From assembly GCA_030141605.1 (NCBI GenBank), contig JAQGDQ010000602.1, positions 62,001 to 126,000 on the forward strand: a DNA stretch of 64,000 bases, given 5' to 3'. The position numbers were made by a program, and so were the translations under genes. This DNA is from Tubiluchus corallicola. Lineage: Eukaryota; Animalia; Priapulida. Shown here in pieces: positions 11,469-23,556 of this stretch. The number at the start of each line of letters is the position of its first letter. Position 1 is the stretch's first letter. Below the pieces are notes generated by a model. That model saw nothing but the letters and a program-made list of their open reading frames with translations, was not told the origin of the DNA and ran no database searches.

Positions 11469-14400
11469 ATGGTAAAATTACAGAGACTGGAAATCCATTT
11501 CTTGAACAGCAATCAGTCATCTCCGGTTTTTTATGCTGGGCAGATCGTGTCCGGACAAATAGTTTTAGAGCTGAACAAACCAATGGAGATGCGAGGTAAA
11601 TTGCAATCAGTTTTTGCTTTTCGTAATAATAATTACTTGCGCATCATTAAACTCATAAACGTGCTTCAACTCGTTAGCATCAGTCATACTGATTATTAAC
11701 TCTCTCTGACTCCATTCAATGTAACTATTAATATCTGAGGGATAAATTTTGTTAGCGTGTCACAAGATATGGGCAGTAAAACATGCTGTAATTCGATAAC
11801 TTCTGCAAATTCTGTGACTTACTGGTACAAAAAAATTAAGTGACGTGTTAAAAATGGAGAATATGTACTTGCATAACAAAATTGTCTACAAGTTGGCAAT
11901 TAAGCTTTTCTAGTGATTTACGTATCGAATTTCCGAGGATCATTTTGATATCAAGCTCATTGCTCTATGTTATTTCTAAGCTGAGATAATGTACATTGAA
12001 GTTGAGGTGCAGGCTGCACACTGAAAAATATAATCTTGAGAAAATTGCTGTAAAAGTCAGCCATTGTTTCTGTGACGTTTCCACGCAAGTTTGTTTAAAT
12101 CCAGTAGATGGCTCTTCCTGGCAAAGATCTATGCTTGTCAAAAGAAAAAATCCAAAGCAAAATGACTGCTTTCATGAGTTACTATGGAAGTTTGGAAATA
12201 TGAGTTTTTTACAATTGTATTACTAGTGTCTAGCCAGAAAAATGGGTATGGAATTATAAAATCAGATTTTTAGTATTTTTTTACATTTTCTTGATAACTG
12301 TAAGCTAGAATATAAAAAGTCCAATATATTAGCATTTCTTTTTGTAAAAAAAAGCAAAAAATTGAGATTTCACAAAATTTTTGATGTATTTTACTTTGAA
12401 GCATGATAACATAGTTTTAACTATGCCGACTTATGGGCGGTTTTGATTTGCAAGCACACAAATTGTAGTTTGTGATTTCAGCTATTCGTGTTACGTTTGA
12501 CGGTTCGGCAAAAGTTCACTGGACCGAGACGAATGACGACTCTTCGGACTCGTATGACAGCAGTGAGAGCTACTTTCATGAAAAGATTACATTATTTGGC
12601 AGGCGTAAGTTTCCCCTGCAGGGCCAGCTTGCCCTCTCATTGTTTTGCCAAAATTTTAGCCACAGCCAAGTTTTTTGGTTGTTTTTAGGTTTTATTAACC
12701 ACCATATAGTGAAAGTTTCATGCTTCATGTGAAAGGCTTCTGTTTCATGAAAAGCTTGTACACAATAGGATCTGTGTTATTAAAGTGCTGGTCAGAAAAA
12801 TGGCAGTTTATCTGTATCTGTGTTTTCACGTTGCAAAAGTGCGTTTTTAATTTGTGTTTTACGTAAATTACTAAGGCCTATTGGCATATAAAAACGGTGC
12901 ATAAAAAACAACGAACTTGATATAATGAAGCTATTGTTCTTAAACCAAGAAGATTTAAGCATTTTGATGTTGATTCAAGTAATTTAGGTGTCACAGGTTT
13001 TGAATATGAAAGAGTATTGAGTTTTAACCCTTGCTTAAATATTTTTTGTGTAACCTTGTCAAATGTCAACTGCAAATGTTTTAGTAGGGACCTTTTTTCC
13101 AGATACCTTTGTTACATATGATTTTCATGTATTAAGTTATGGTATCATTTTTTACAAATTAGTTGGCAATGAACGACATCATTAATTAATAAGTAGATTA
13201 TAACTGCAAATGCCAGAATGTTCTTAACAATTGTGGTTTATTTCACAACAATTGTGGTTTGTTTCGCAACAATTGTGGTTTGTTTTGCAACAATTATTAC
13301 CCGTTGCAGATAACGAGTTAAAGAAAGATATGAGATGATGAAAAATTGTTGACTAGTCGCGATTTGAACCATAGACCTGGAATAAGTACTTCCTAGCTCT
13401 GGCAGCTGAGCTACTAGTCCAACATGACAGAGCAGCCATGAGATTTTCTGCTTGTATTAGAAGAATTTGATACCATGCTTATCCCCCTATTGTGGTTTGG
13501 TTACAGGTGGCGCTGTTGGATTCTGTGAAAATAATGGTAATATTTGTGAAATAAGCAACAGTGGTTTAAGAATGTTGTATCGTTTACTTTCATATACTAA
13601 TTAACAAAATTAAATTATTGTTTTTGTCATTATCTAGAGGAAGGGGAGTCAGGTGATTATGCCACGCTCGAGTCCGGACTGCACAGTTTTAAATTCCAAT
13701 ACACACTTCCCCAAGATTTACCCTCCAGTTTTGAAGGTGGTGACGGTTACGTCAGGTATACTGTAAAAAGTGTAATCGACAGGTAATACAAGTAAAAACA
13801 ACTAACAAAATTTAGTTAAAAACGACACAACTTTTTTAAAAACTTTTACATTAAAAAGTTAAAGTCATGCCAAATGTTTCAACAGACTACTGCTGTAATT
13901 ATCAGAAGAAAAAACTTAAAAACATACAACCAGTTTATAAAGGCAGAACCTATTATGCAGTAATTAAGTATTTAACAGAAGCCAAATAGGTAATGAATAA
14001 ACAGACCAGTAAAGAAATTGATACAGCAACTTAAGCACTAACTATCAATTTCTGTACTGGTCTGTTTATTCATTACTTATTTGGTTTCCGTTAATTACTT
14101 AATTAGTGCATAACAGGCTCTGCCTATATAAACTGGTTGTATGTTTGTAAATTTACCACTGATGATGACAGCAGCAGCTAGTCGAAACATTTGGCATGAT
14201 TTTAAGTTTTAACTTTTAATAAAGTTGTGTTGTTTTTAACTATAAATTGTTTTATGTGCCTGAATTAAAATTAAGTAATAGTTTGTTGTTTTTTTACCAC
14301 TAAAACTACTGATAACAAATGACTGTCGAGGATTTAGTTGTTATTATTTTGTTTCAGGCCATGGAAATTCAATCACACCGTCAAATCTCCATTCACAGTG

Positions 14401-17400
14401 CTCAGTAATCTAGATCTAAACACAAGGCAGGATTGTGCAGTAAGTTGAACAATTGTGTCAGTCTGGGAGAGGTGTGCTGCCTGAGTCGAGGCAGAATTGT
14501 GCAGTAAGTTGAACAATTGTGTCAGTCTGGGAGAGGTGTGCTGCCTGAGTCGAGGCAGGATTGTGCAGTAAGTTGAACAATTGTGTCAGTCTGGGAGAGG
14601 CGTGCTGCCTGAGTCGTTGCAGCGCTTGCCCGTCACTTTGTTACAACATCAGTCTGGGAGAGGCGTGCTGCCTGAGTCGTTGCAGCACTTGCCCGTCACT
14701 TTGTTGCAACATCAGTCTGGGAGAGGCGTGCTGCCTGAGTCGTTGCAGCGCTTGCCTGTCACTTTGTTACAACATTTCGTTTATATATAAACATGTTTAG
14801 AAATTTCTGTTTTTGGCTAGAAAAATTTGCCTATCAAGTCTAATGGTTATGTACATTTAATCATAGGCATTTATTATGATCTGAAAACCTCAGCTTGTAT
14901 TTTCCAGATCGGTGCCGCTGCTTCTGAGCAGAAGTTTGTTTGCTGTTTATGTTGCAAATCTGGACCTCTCCACTGCAGGGTTAAAATACCCCAAACGGGA
15001 TATGTTCCCGGACAACCGATTCCCATCACTGCTGAAATACAGAATGATACAAGTAGAAATTGCAAGTACAGCCAAGCAGTCCTGAGAGCTGTAAGTTTAG
15101 AGTGCAGTAAGCTCACCTTAAAGAATTTCTCCTCTTTCTTGAGAGAGAAACAGAGGAAAGGAAGTAACGGATGCGCAAGTTGATTAAGAAAATAGTATGG
15201 AGAAGACTTCTATCAACGTAGCATAAACACTGTTTTATTTTTGATTTTCATTAAAGCATATGTGAATCTATTTCAGACAACCAAGTTTAAAGCCACCACA
15301 AAGACAAAGGAGTGTACCAAAGAACTCTGTTCTCTGCGCAAGGGTGAGATACGTGGACATTGTTACGAATTTTGGACAGGGGAGCTTTTGATTCCTCCCA
15401 CACCCCCGTCGGAACTGATTCATTGTAGTATTATTGACGTTGACTACAGTCTCGATGTAAGTTGATTTAAAAACAATCTTTCAGTTTCCAATACAGTAAG
15501 TGCCATTTATTAGACTAGCTGTTAATAGATGCACTCACTTAACTGACTCATTGAAACATCTGGTGCAAGCCATTCCTATTCAAATGTATAGAAAAAGTGT
15601 TAATAATTGATTCAATTAACTCCACATAATTGGCTCAATGTTTTTCCTTCACGTACTTAAAATAAGATACTTGTGTGTGCCCAAAAAGCTTTTACTTTTG
15701 AAATGAAACAACCGACCGTGCATGATTTTTTGTAATTTTCAGTGGTCATAATCAGATTTGTGAGAATTTTTCATTTTCTTTTTTTATTAATTCACTTATA
15801 CGCATTAGTATTCTCAGTTAATAATTGCACATGGAAATTTTGACATTAATTCATTTCTATAGTTCATTTAAAGCTTTTGCTTTGCATAATAAGGTGATGA
15901 CTCATACTCCTATGGTAGTAATATGCTACACCCTTAATTGAATTAGTCGGTTAATTAGATCAAAACATTTCCATCGCAAAGTAAGTCTATTAAGTAGTGC
16001 CTACTGTACTTTGTGACTAGATGGGTTCAAATCTCGTGGTGGATAGTTTCTTTCGCCGTACCGATTTTGGCTGTTTATCTTGTTCCTGGAGGATACATAC
16101 CATCCGAACGTGACTAAAACACCTGCGGCCATTTTGTGGCTCGTCTTAGAGGGTTGTCTTTGATAATGAGCTAGGTTCCAATCTTGCCATAAGTATTAGT
16201 GTTTCGTATTGTAAATGTATTGATTGCTCAATTCCAGCTTGCATTGCATTAAATTATATTAAATAAATAAACAAATAATGGATTTTAAAGTTACACAATA
16301 ACAGCATGAGTGAGAACAATAAAAATAGCGCGAAAAAGTGAAACGAGACTTAAGCAGTAAAACACAAGATTATATGTGTGCTTGCAAACCAAAACCGTCT
16401 ATAAGTCGGTATAGTTAAAACTAAGTTACGATGCTTCAAACTAGAATGCATCAAAAAATTTGGTCCACTATCAATTTTTCGAATTTTGTAGAAACCAATA
16501 CTAAATATATATTGGACTTTCATATTCTAGCATTAATTTATCAGGAAAGTGTTGAAAAAACACCAAAAATTTAATTTTATAACTCCTTAACCCACTTTTC
16601 TGTCTAGAAACTAGTACTGCAATTGTAAAAAACTCTCATTTTCAAACTCTGGTTGTACCTTGTGGGAGCAGTCATTTTGCTTTGGGTTTTTTCTGTTAAC
16701 AAACCCAAATTTCGTCAGGAGGAGCCATCTACTGGATTTGAACATAACTTCAACGTGTTCTTGCAAAGTCTGTAGCAACCACACTTTTGTATGGTTGCTA
16801 AGTGTTTTGTAGAAATGCGACAAAAAACAATGGCTGACTTTAACAGCTTTTTTCTCAAGGTTATGTTTTTCAGTGCATAGCCTGCACCTCAACTTCAACG
16901 TGGATTATCTCAGCTTAGAAATAACTTAGAACCATGAAATTGGTATCAAAATGATCCAAATGAAATGGATATGTGAATAACTAGAAAAGTTTTGGACGAT
17001 TTTACTATGCAAGCACGCATATATGAGATATTGCTCTGCTATGCAAGCACGCATATGAGAGACATTGCTTTGTGCTTGCAAGAAAAATTTGAAAGAAGTG
17101 ATGTCACAATGTCAGTAGAGCAGTTTATAAGCTAATTGTAGCTGACATAATGTCGCAAACAAAACTTCAAATTCCGCATTGGCTTGCTAACAGCCGTTTA
17201 TTGTGTGAAAATTAAATAAAGCATTTTGCAAATACAGGCAGGATTACAAGATTATTATAAATTAGGAACCGAATCAAAATATTTAATTATTTGAGTGGGA
17301 ATTACAAAAATGTTCTAATTTGAAGAAAATTCTAAATGTAGAGATGCAAAGTAGAAAATGTTAAGCCAAATAGAAATAAACTTCCTTTATGCAATTTATG

Positions 17401-20400
17401 AATAATGAACGTATTGCACTTAACCTATATTGGCCAGCTTTCGCTTTTAAATCTTACAAGCATCAAATATAAACTGCAGAGAATCTTTACAATGTCTAGA
17501 TCATCATATCAGACTAGAAATTAAAAAGCTGATATCCAACATCTGGACAGTGTAACAGCCTACTGTCTTACTGCATTCTGCTAATAAACATTGAATCACC
17601 TGAGTATGTAAGTACGGGCTAACAAATTTAAATGTAGGCTTCACTCAATGCCTAAAAGGTGGCAGCACATGACAGTGTATCAGTTTATCTCCAATACCAA
17701 TTGTGACAAAAAGTAGCTTCGCATTACTATTTATAGTTCTAACTACAATAGACATTGCGAAACCCGAATAAAACACAGATTTTATTAATAATTATTAATA
17801 ACAATTAATAAGAATATAATAATAATAATAATTGATAAGAATAATAATAATAATAACAAGAAAAATTCTTCTGTTTTAGAAATCTATTTTGCTTTTATTA
17901 ACATGTTTTCGTAACACATTACAGGTTTCCTCTTTGGTGTGAACGTAAGAAATGCAGTCAAACCTCGTTATAACCCTACCTCCCCCCCCCCCATAATGCC
18001 AACCTCGCTTAACACCCATATTTTTAACGAAATAAAATGTCTATGTTTGCAAAGACATGTTTGTATTCATGCATCTTGTTATAATTCGGTGGTATATATA
18101 TATATATAAGAGTCGAGGCTACAGCTCCGACGATGGCAGCATTTGTGGAGATCTATATATTAAACGAATGGTCTCGATCTAGTGTCGTGCCATTGGGAGT
18201 TTATTTTTGAATCGGGCCCACTGGGACGAATGCGGGACAAAAAACCTCCAAAAATGGCAATTTTTTGGCCATTTTTTGCAAAGCTTATACCTCTTATTTC
18301 TGGAGAATGGGCCATGGGTGGTGCTGGCCATGGATAGATGGCCATTTAACAGTGGGTGTAGTAGGTGTATTTAAAATTCGCGAGAGGGCCACGGCGTCTC
18401 ACAAAGGGCGTTTTCCCGGACCCAACTTGCGATTTTTTCGAAATTTTGGTCAAACAGCCTGCAGAAAAAATGTTCTAGCGGCGCTTGGTGGAACTTTCGG
18501 AAGGAGATATATGGCTCTTTAGAAAGAGCAAGAACAGGGCTACACGATGATTGGGCTATATTTAGGACACATCCACCAAGAGGAGCGCCGACGAGTTAAT
18601 TAGATGTTCTATTTTTACTTGGAAAACTGCTGACGCAAAGCCATTGTTCTGGCGTCATCCATTATACGCTGCAGCTTGCTTTGCGTTATAAATGAGGACC
18701 ATGTAGCATGTTCGCGTACTATTGATTATAAGTGTATTTATACGCAAATTTTTTTGCGGGGCCTAGGCCAGTCTTGTTATAATGCCAAAGTCTTGTGATC
18801 GATATAAAGAGGTTTTACTGTATGGAACATCTTTTGATTAATTGATCCACGTGTCAGTATGAAATCTGTGTTTAATTGAAATCTTGTGTCATTGCTAAAT
18901 GTTTGAAACGGTCTGATAAATTTGTTACAATAAACCTTTTCATTGTGCACAGTTGCTGCAGGTCAAAGGTTAAGCGTATCAGCAAATCGTCTTAACTACA
19001 ACCGCCACGTGACATGTGGGTAAAGTAAAACTGTTTGCCTCATCAGCTCAGTAACTTCAGTTGCTTAACGTAAAATTTACTTAATTATTCATTAGTCTGT
19101 GCGTAGAGTGATATACTAGCAGTATCTTGCTTGAGAACAAGAAAAAATGAACTAGATAAGGTTCTAGCTAGCTGTTAAAACTGTTACTATTACAACAGCG
19201 TGAGCGGCGTCAAGTGTACACAAATACGTTGTCTGCCGAATGTCTGGTACACTTAACCTTTGACCTTTTCACAATCAATCGCTAGAACTGTGAAAGGGCT
19301 TATTACAACGGGCATTGCTTGTAACATTCTGTTCCAATTTTAAGCTTGATCAAATTGTTAGAAGTACAAGGTAGTACGATTGCTTATGCTAACAGGTAAA
19401 ACAGGAAAAAACTCTCATTTACAGGTGGATGTTAGTCCTTCTGGTCCGGCCTTAGATCTCACGGTAAAAATTCCGATTGTGATTGGTACGATTCCCCTCC
19501 GAGAGGCGTTCTCTTGTTTCACCTCCTCGTTTCCACCACAGCCAATGGGATTTCAAGAAGACAGAAACCAAACTCAACCGAACTCCGCGTTTCCACCGCA
19601 ACAAGCTCAGGCAATGGGATTTCAAGCAAGCGGAATGGGAACTGAACCGACTGCACCGTTACCACCTGGTTTTGAGAATTACCCGGATGCTCGTAAGTGT
19701 AGAAGTTTTAATTATTCAAAAGCAATTACTGTGGTGATGGTTGGTTAGTCAATTTAAAATGCTCAGTCAACGACTTATACAAAAACAATGATGAACCTGC
19801 ATTCTTAGGTAGTGATGTTAATGATAACGATATGTATCAATAGTTATTGTGTCGATAATTCCTGATTGTTGTATCAATTTGCAAAATTTGTTTTTATCAT
19901 TATCGCACAGATATTATATTATTCTAGCAATATCGCTATTGTATTGTATTTGGTACATATCACTGCTTATTGCTCACATTTATAAGATCGTTGCAGTTAT
20001 TCATTTGTGCAGGTAAGCTACAAGAAAACCGGATGATTGTGTAAACATTAGTTCAGAATAAAGAATGTTCTAAAATATTGAAAACTAGAATAGTTTTTTT
20101 AAATCAAAGCTTAGATTAAAGCTACACGCGGCTCTATGAATCTACTGACATTGGCAGTGGCGCCTTTTTGTCACATGCGCGTGGCTGACAAATAGAAGGT
20201 GGTACCGTAATAACCGTGATCATGAACTGCAGTGTTAGTGTCTAACGTCATATGATGTAAAGCCCATTTTCGTGACATCATGCGTTTAAACGTACTTGAC
20301 GCTCAAGTGAAAACGCCAGCCATTGCACAAATTGTGGTTTGTTTTTGATGTAAGCAATAGCTGCGTTCGGTTTCCGTTAATTAGCTTTCCATGCTAATTA

Positions 20401-21119
20401 TTCAAATATAAGAAACACTTGCCAACTTTTTAAGCAAGAAAATGTATATTTTATACAGTACATTAAAATGAGATTGAGTCTAAACAATTAACCAGTTTTC
20501 CTTTAAAAAAGAGTTATTTCTAAGGCTGTTTGAATAATCTTATTTTTATTTAAGATTGACATCAAGAATACAAAAAAAGTTCTATTCCAGAGGCTAGGCG
20601 TCAAATATGGCTAACATATTCACATGTGTTCCGAATTTTGAGAGGAAAGCTCAGCATGTTTTTAGATGTCACTAGTTCATCGGAAACAGTCAAGATGGCC
20701 GCCGAGCAATTCTGTAGCCAAATATTTAAATCAACAAAAGAAGTTACTGTGGGAATGCCTTCTGAAGCAAACTACCCCTTCAACAAATCGTGTTTATGTT
20801 AGACTTGCATCGAGCTGGCTTAAGAGCAGGCCCCTCAACTCCGTTCCCTTTATTATATTGTAAAATACTAAAAATAACTAGGCCCATTTCATTGGGAGTA
20901 AGTTAGCTTAATATGTTGCTGTAGATCTATTCTTTTAAGTTTGAAAAATTTAAAGCATGAATTTTATCTTTTTGTAACGTAAATTCTTTCATTTTTGCAG
21001 CTCCTCCACAGTACTCACAATTGTTCTCTGGACCTGTGAATATAAAAGGTGACGATGACAATGACTACTCAATGGGGAATTTCAACTATGCGCCGGTCTA
21101 CCCATATTACGCTCAGTAA
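11469..21119 (+). CDS. Alpha-arrestin (ARRDC2/3/4-like) paralog B, complete, 8 exons, 408 aa
   Basis: Exons 11469-11595, 12482-12604, 13638-13782, 14358-14439, 14908-15090, 15277-15456, 19425-19692, 21001-21119; all GT-AG, phases consistent, total 1227 nt. Motifs LPSSFEG.DGYVRY, DRPWKFNH, CCLCCKSGP, GYVPGQ.I, CSIIDVDYSL, IPIVIGTIP, C-terminal PPQY (PPxY). Confidence 0.95.
11861..12463 (+). mobile_element. MITE-like element in ARRDC-B intron 1
   Basis: Imperfect terminal inverted repeats (ATATGTACTTGCA / TGCAAGCACACAAAT); ~600 bp shared in inverted orientation with 16372-17022 (ORFs 11996 + and 16611 - translate near-identically). Confidence 0.75.
13351..13420 (-). repeat. tRNA-derived SINE head remnant
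   Basis: Minus strand GACTAGTAGCTCAGCTG...GGTTCAAATCGCGACTAGTC: A box, B box and acceptor-like stem, no intact anticodon arm. Confidence 0.55.
13804..14251. repeat. ~450-bp imperfect palindrome (Penelope-like remnant) in ARRDC-B intron 3
   Basis: Arms are reverse complements about a centre near 14030 (e.g. GTAATGAATAAACAGACCAGTA / TACTGGTCTGTTTATTCATTAC); each arm carries a CTGATRA...GAAAC core. Confidence 0.8.
14425..14775 (+). repeat. Tandem repeats: 3 x 64 bp spanning the exon-4 splice donor, then 3 x 63 bp
   Basis: GCA|GTAAGT at 14440, 14504 and 14568; followed by the unit CAGTCTGGGAGAGGCGTGCTGCCTGAGTCGTTGCAGCGCTTGCCCGTCACTTTGTTACAACAT. Confidence 0.95.
15494..16006. mobile_element. Tc1/mariner-type MITE
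   Basis: TA|CAGTAAGTGCCATTTATTAGACT ... AGTCTATTAAGTAGTGCCTACTG|TA; same terminal family as 53395-55153. Confidence 0.7.
16372..17022 (-). mobile_element. MITE-like element in ARRDC-B intron 6 (inverted copy of 11861-12463)
   Basis: ATATGTGTGCTTGCAAACC ... GCAAGCACGCATAT ends; reverse-complement similarity along most of its length. Confidence 0.75.
17955..18820. mobile_element. Tc1/pogo-type MITE with a nested GC-richer insertion (~18109-18700) after a (TA)n run
   Basis: CAGTCAAACCTCGTTATA ... ATATAAAGAGGTTTTACTG|TA termini; abrupt composition change after TATATATATATATATA at 18093-18108. Confidence 0.55.
18929..19304. mobile_element. MITE-like dispersed repeat (second copy at 60110-60479)
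   Basis: AATAAACCTTTTCA ... TGAAAGGGCTTATT ends with internal inverted AGGTCAAAGGTTAAG / CTTAACCTTTGACCT; the core GGTTCTAGCTAGCTGTT is shared with the copy at ~60350. Confidence 0.7.
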
Positions 21120-21483
21120 TCGTGATAAGTTCCGAAAACTTTTCACGTGTGATGCTCACTTGTGATTTTAGCGACGCAGACAAATGTCTACTCCTCGCTG
21201 GGAGGGATTGTGATTCTGCTGAAACTTTAATAATTCTGTAGTGTAACTGCTGCCCATGCATCATTGCCTAACTTTGCTTATATCTCATTGGAAGGTGCTG
21301 CCACCTTCGTTTTCGGATCATGTGCGCAGACTGCATAGTTTTCCTGGCATTGTTCAGAGCAGAATGGTCGGAGGTGTTCAAGTCACCTGCCTTTACGGTG
21401 AATACGTTAATAACACAGTGAATTCGTGTAGTATATATGGCGAATACTATAGTAATTACGGGACATTTGTACGGTGATATGAT

Positions 21484-21858
21484 CAGGACCTATTTCAGCC
21501 TAAGCGAGGCCCAGGGAAGTGGGGTGTGTGAGGCCCCCTCGGAAGGGGGGGGCAAAGCACCGGGGGGCATGGTTAGCGCCCAGAAAATTTTTGAACTGCT
21601 GGAACGCCGGAGAAGCATTTTCGAAGAAGTTATACAGTTGTTAAAGGAAAGAACAATTGAAATAAAAACTGCTTTATTCTCAAGACCAGTCCTTAATACT
21701 TGTCAATACTTGCAAACAGCGCGCGTGCGGCAAGAGAGGGAGAGAGGAGGCAGTATGTTCGCATAAACCAAAAAAAATGTTACCGTCGCGCGAGGCCCCT
21801 GGAGGGTGAGGCCCCAGGGAAGTATCCCCACTTCCCCCCCCCCCTGAAATAGGCCCTG
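21484..21858. mobile_element. hAT-type MITE downstream of the ARRDC-B stop codon
   Basis: TIR CAGGACCTATTTCAG / CTGAAATAGGCCCTG; 8-bp TSD GATATGAT / GATATGGT. Confidence 0.85.
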
Positions 21859-22534
21859 GATATGGTTACACATCTTCACTTAAAATTATTTTTTGTGACT
21901 CATTGAAGGCATAATAACCCACCTCAATCCGAACGAATGGCTAGTATCGTTGCATATAGTGTTCCTCTTCAGTAAATGCCTCATCTCCATAGCAACTTTA
22001 ATTTTACCAGTTTCTCAATAGGGGGAGCAAGTGTGAAGCAACCACTCCTCCAAGCACATTTTTTCAAAAGTGACACCTTTTCAACAATTTTTTAAACTCT
22101 CTTTTTCACTAGTTCAATAAAAGTCGAATGTTTTATTTTTTGTATTGTACAGCCTAGGAAGAATTTTCTGCAGTTGTTAGTTTATTTATGTACTTCATTT
22201 AAAACTGTTTCTTCCTTGTGTTTTATTTTAAACCACAAAATTAAAGTGTGTAATGTGTTAAAAATTCTTTGGTATGTGTCACCGTGTTCTTCCTCCCTAA
22301 ACTTTAAAACCTGGTTATCCCAGAATGCCCCTGAACTGTACATGTGTAGGAAGAGTGCGTATAAATTAGTAACTTCATAGTCACTAATAAAAGGATTTAT
22401 GTATAAAATGTACTGACAAAGATTTTCTACTGTCTCTCTCTCTCTTTCTCTCTCTCCCTCCTCCTGTCTCTTTCTCTCCATCTCTCTTTCTCTCTCTCTG
22501 AATGTGAAACTGAATGCAAAACGTAGAAAACTTT

Positions 22535-22812
22535 TCCCCAGGGGGAAAATTAATGCTCCAGAAATGTTTGCGCTTTTGTGCATCAACATTGAAAAGACGT
22601 GGATCGTTTTCCACAGGGGGAAATTAATGCTTTAGAGAATTGTTTGGTGCATCAAAATTGAAAAGACGTGGATCGTTTCCCACAGGGGGAAATTAATGCT
22701 CCAGAAATGTTTGCGCTTTTGTGCAGCAAAATTGAAAAGACGTGGATCGTTTTCCACAGGGGGGAAAATTAATGCTCCAGAAATGTTTGCGCTTTTGTGC
22801 ATCAAAATTGAA
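22535..22812. repeat. ~75-bp tandem repeat, ~4 copies
   Basis: CCACAGGGGGAAATTAATGCTCCAGAAATGTTTGCGCTTTTGTGCATCAAAATTGAAAAGACGTGGATCGTTTT; preceded by a CT microsatellite at 22431-22500. Confidence 0.9.
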
Positions 22813-23285
22813 ATAAAAAATTAAGGCAAAAAATTTAAAAATTTAAGATGATTTTTGGATATTACTGAGTTTTCTTATCCTGTTGTTGCAGTTCAAAATA
22901 CTTTACGTATGCATAAATACATTCTTTTGTATACATTAGAAAGAAAGCTCAGTAGCACTCAGAAATGTTTAGTCTTCAATTTTGATACCCTTTACTACTA
23001 TATATAGAGTGAATGAGTCCCGGTGAAAAAATATTTATTAACATGACATGTTTACCATTAAATAATTGTTACATTTACAATTGTTTTCAAATCTATGCAC
23101 GACAAAAATTTACACGTAAACCCGCCATTCAGGCACACAAGTCACTGCCAATTAAAGCCAAAGGATTTTCGTAATGCGTACAGTGCACACTTAACAAAAA
23201 TTTATACGGTACATATACTATATAAATCGTCGGATGCATTGATGTTACTGTATTATTGAGAATAGTTCTTCTATTTGTGTTGTGC

Positions 23286-23556
23286 TTAGTAATTGTGTTT
23301 GGGTTTCTACTGGTGGCAAAGGAAGTGGTTTATTTATGTTGTCATTAGTAATTTTGTGGGTTTTTACTGGTGGCAAAGGAAGTGGTTTATTTATGTTGTC
23401 ATTAGTAATTTTGTGGGTTTTTACTGGTGGCAAAGGAAGTGGTTTATTTATGTTGTCATTAGTAATTTTGTGGGTTTTTACTGGTGGCAAAGGAAGTGGT
23501 TTATTTATGTTGTCATTAGTAATTTTGTGGGTTTTTACTGGTGGCAAAAGAAGTCA
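23286..23556. repeat. 57-bp tandem repeat, ~4.5 copies
   Basis: TTAGTAATTTTGTGGGTTTTTACTGGTGGCAAAGGAAGTGGTTTATTTATGTTGTCA; gives 19-aa periodic ORFs in several frames. Confidence 0.95.
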
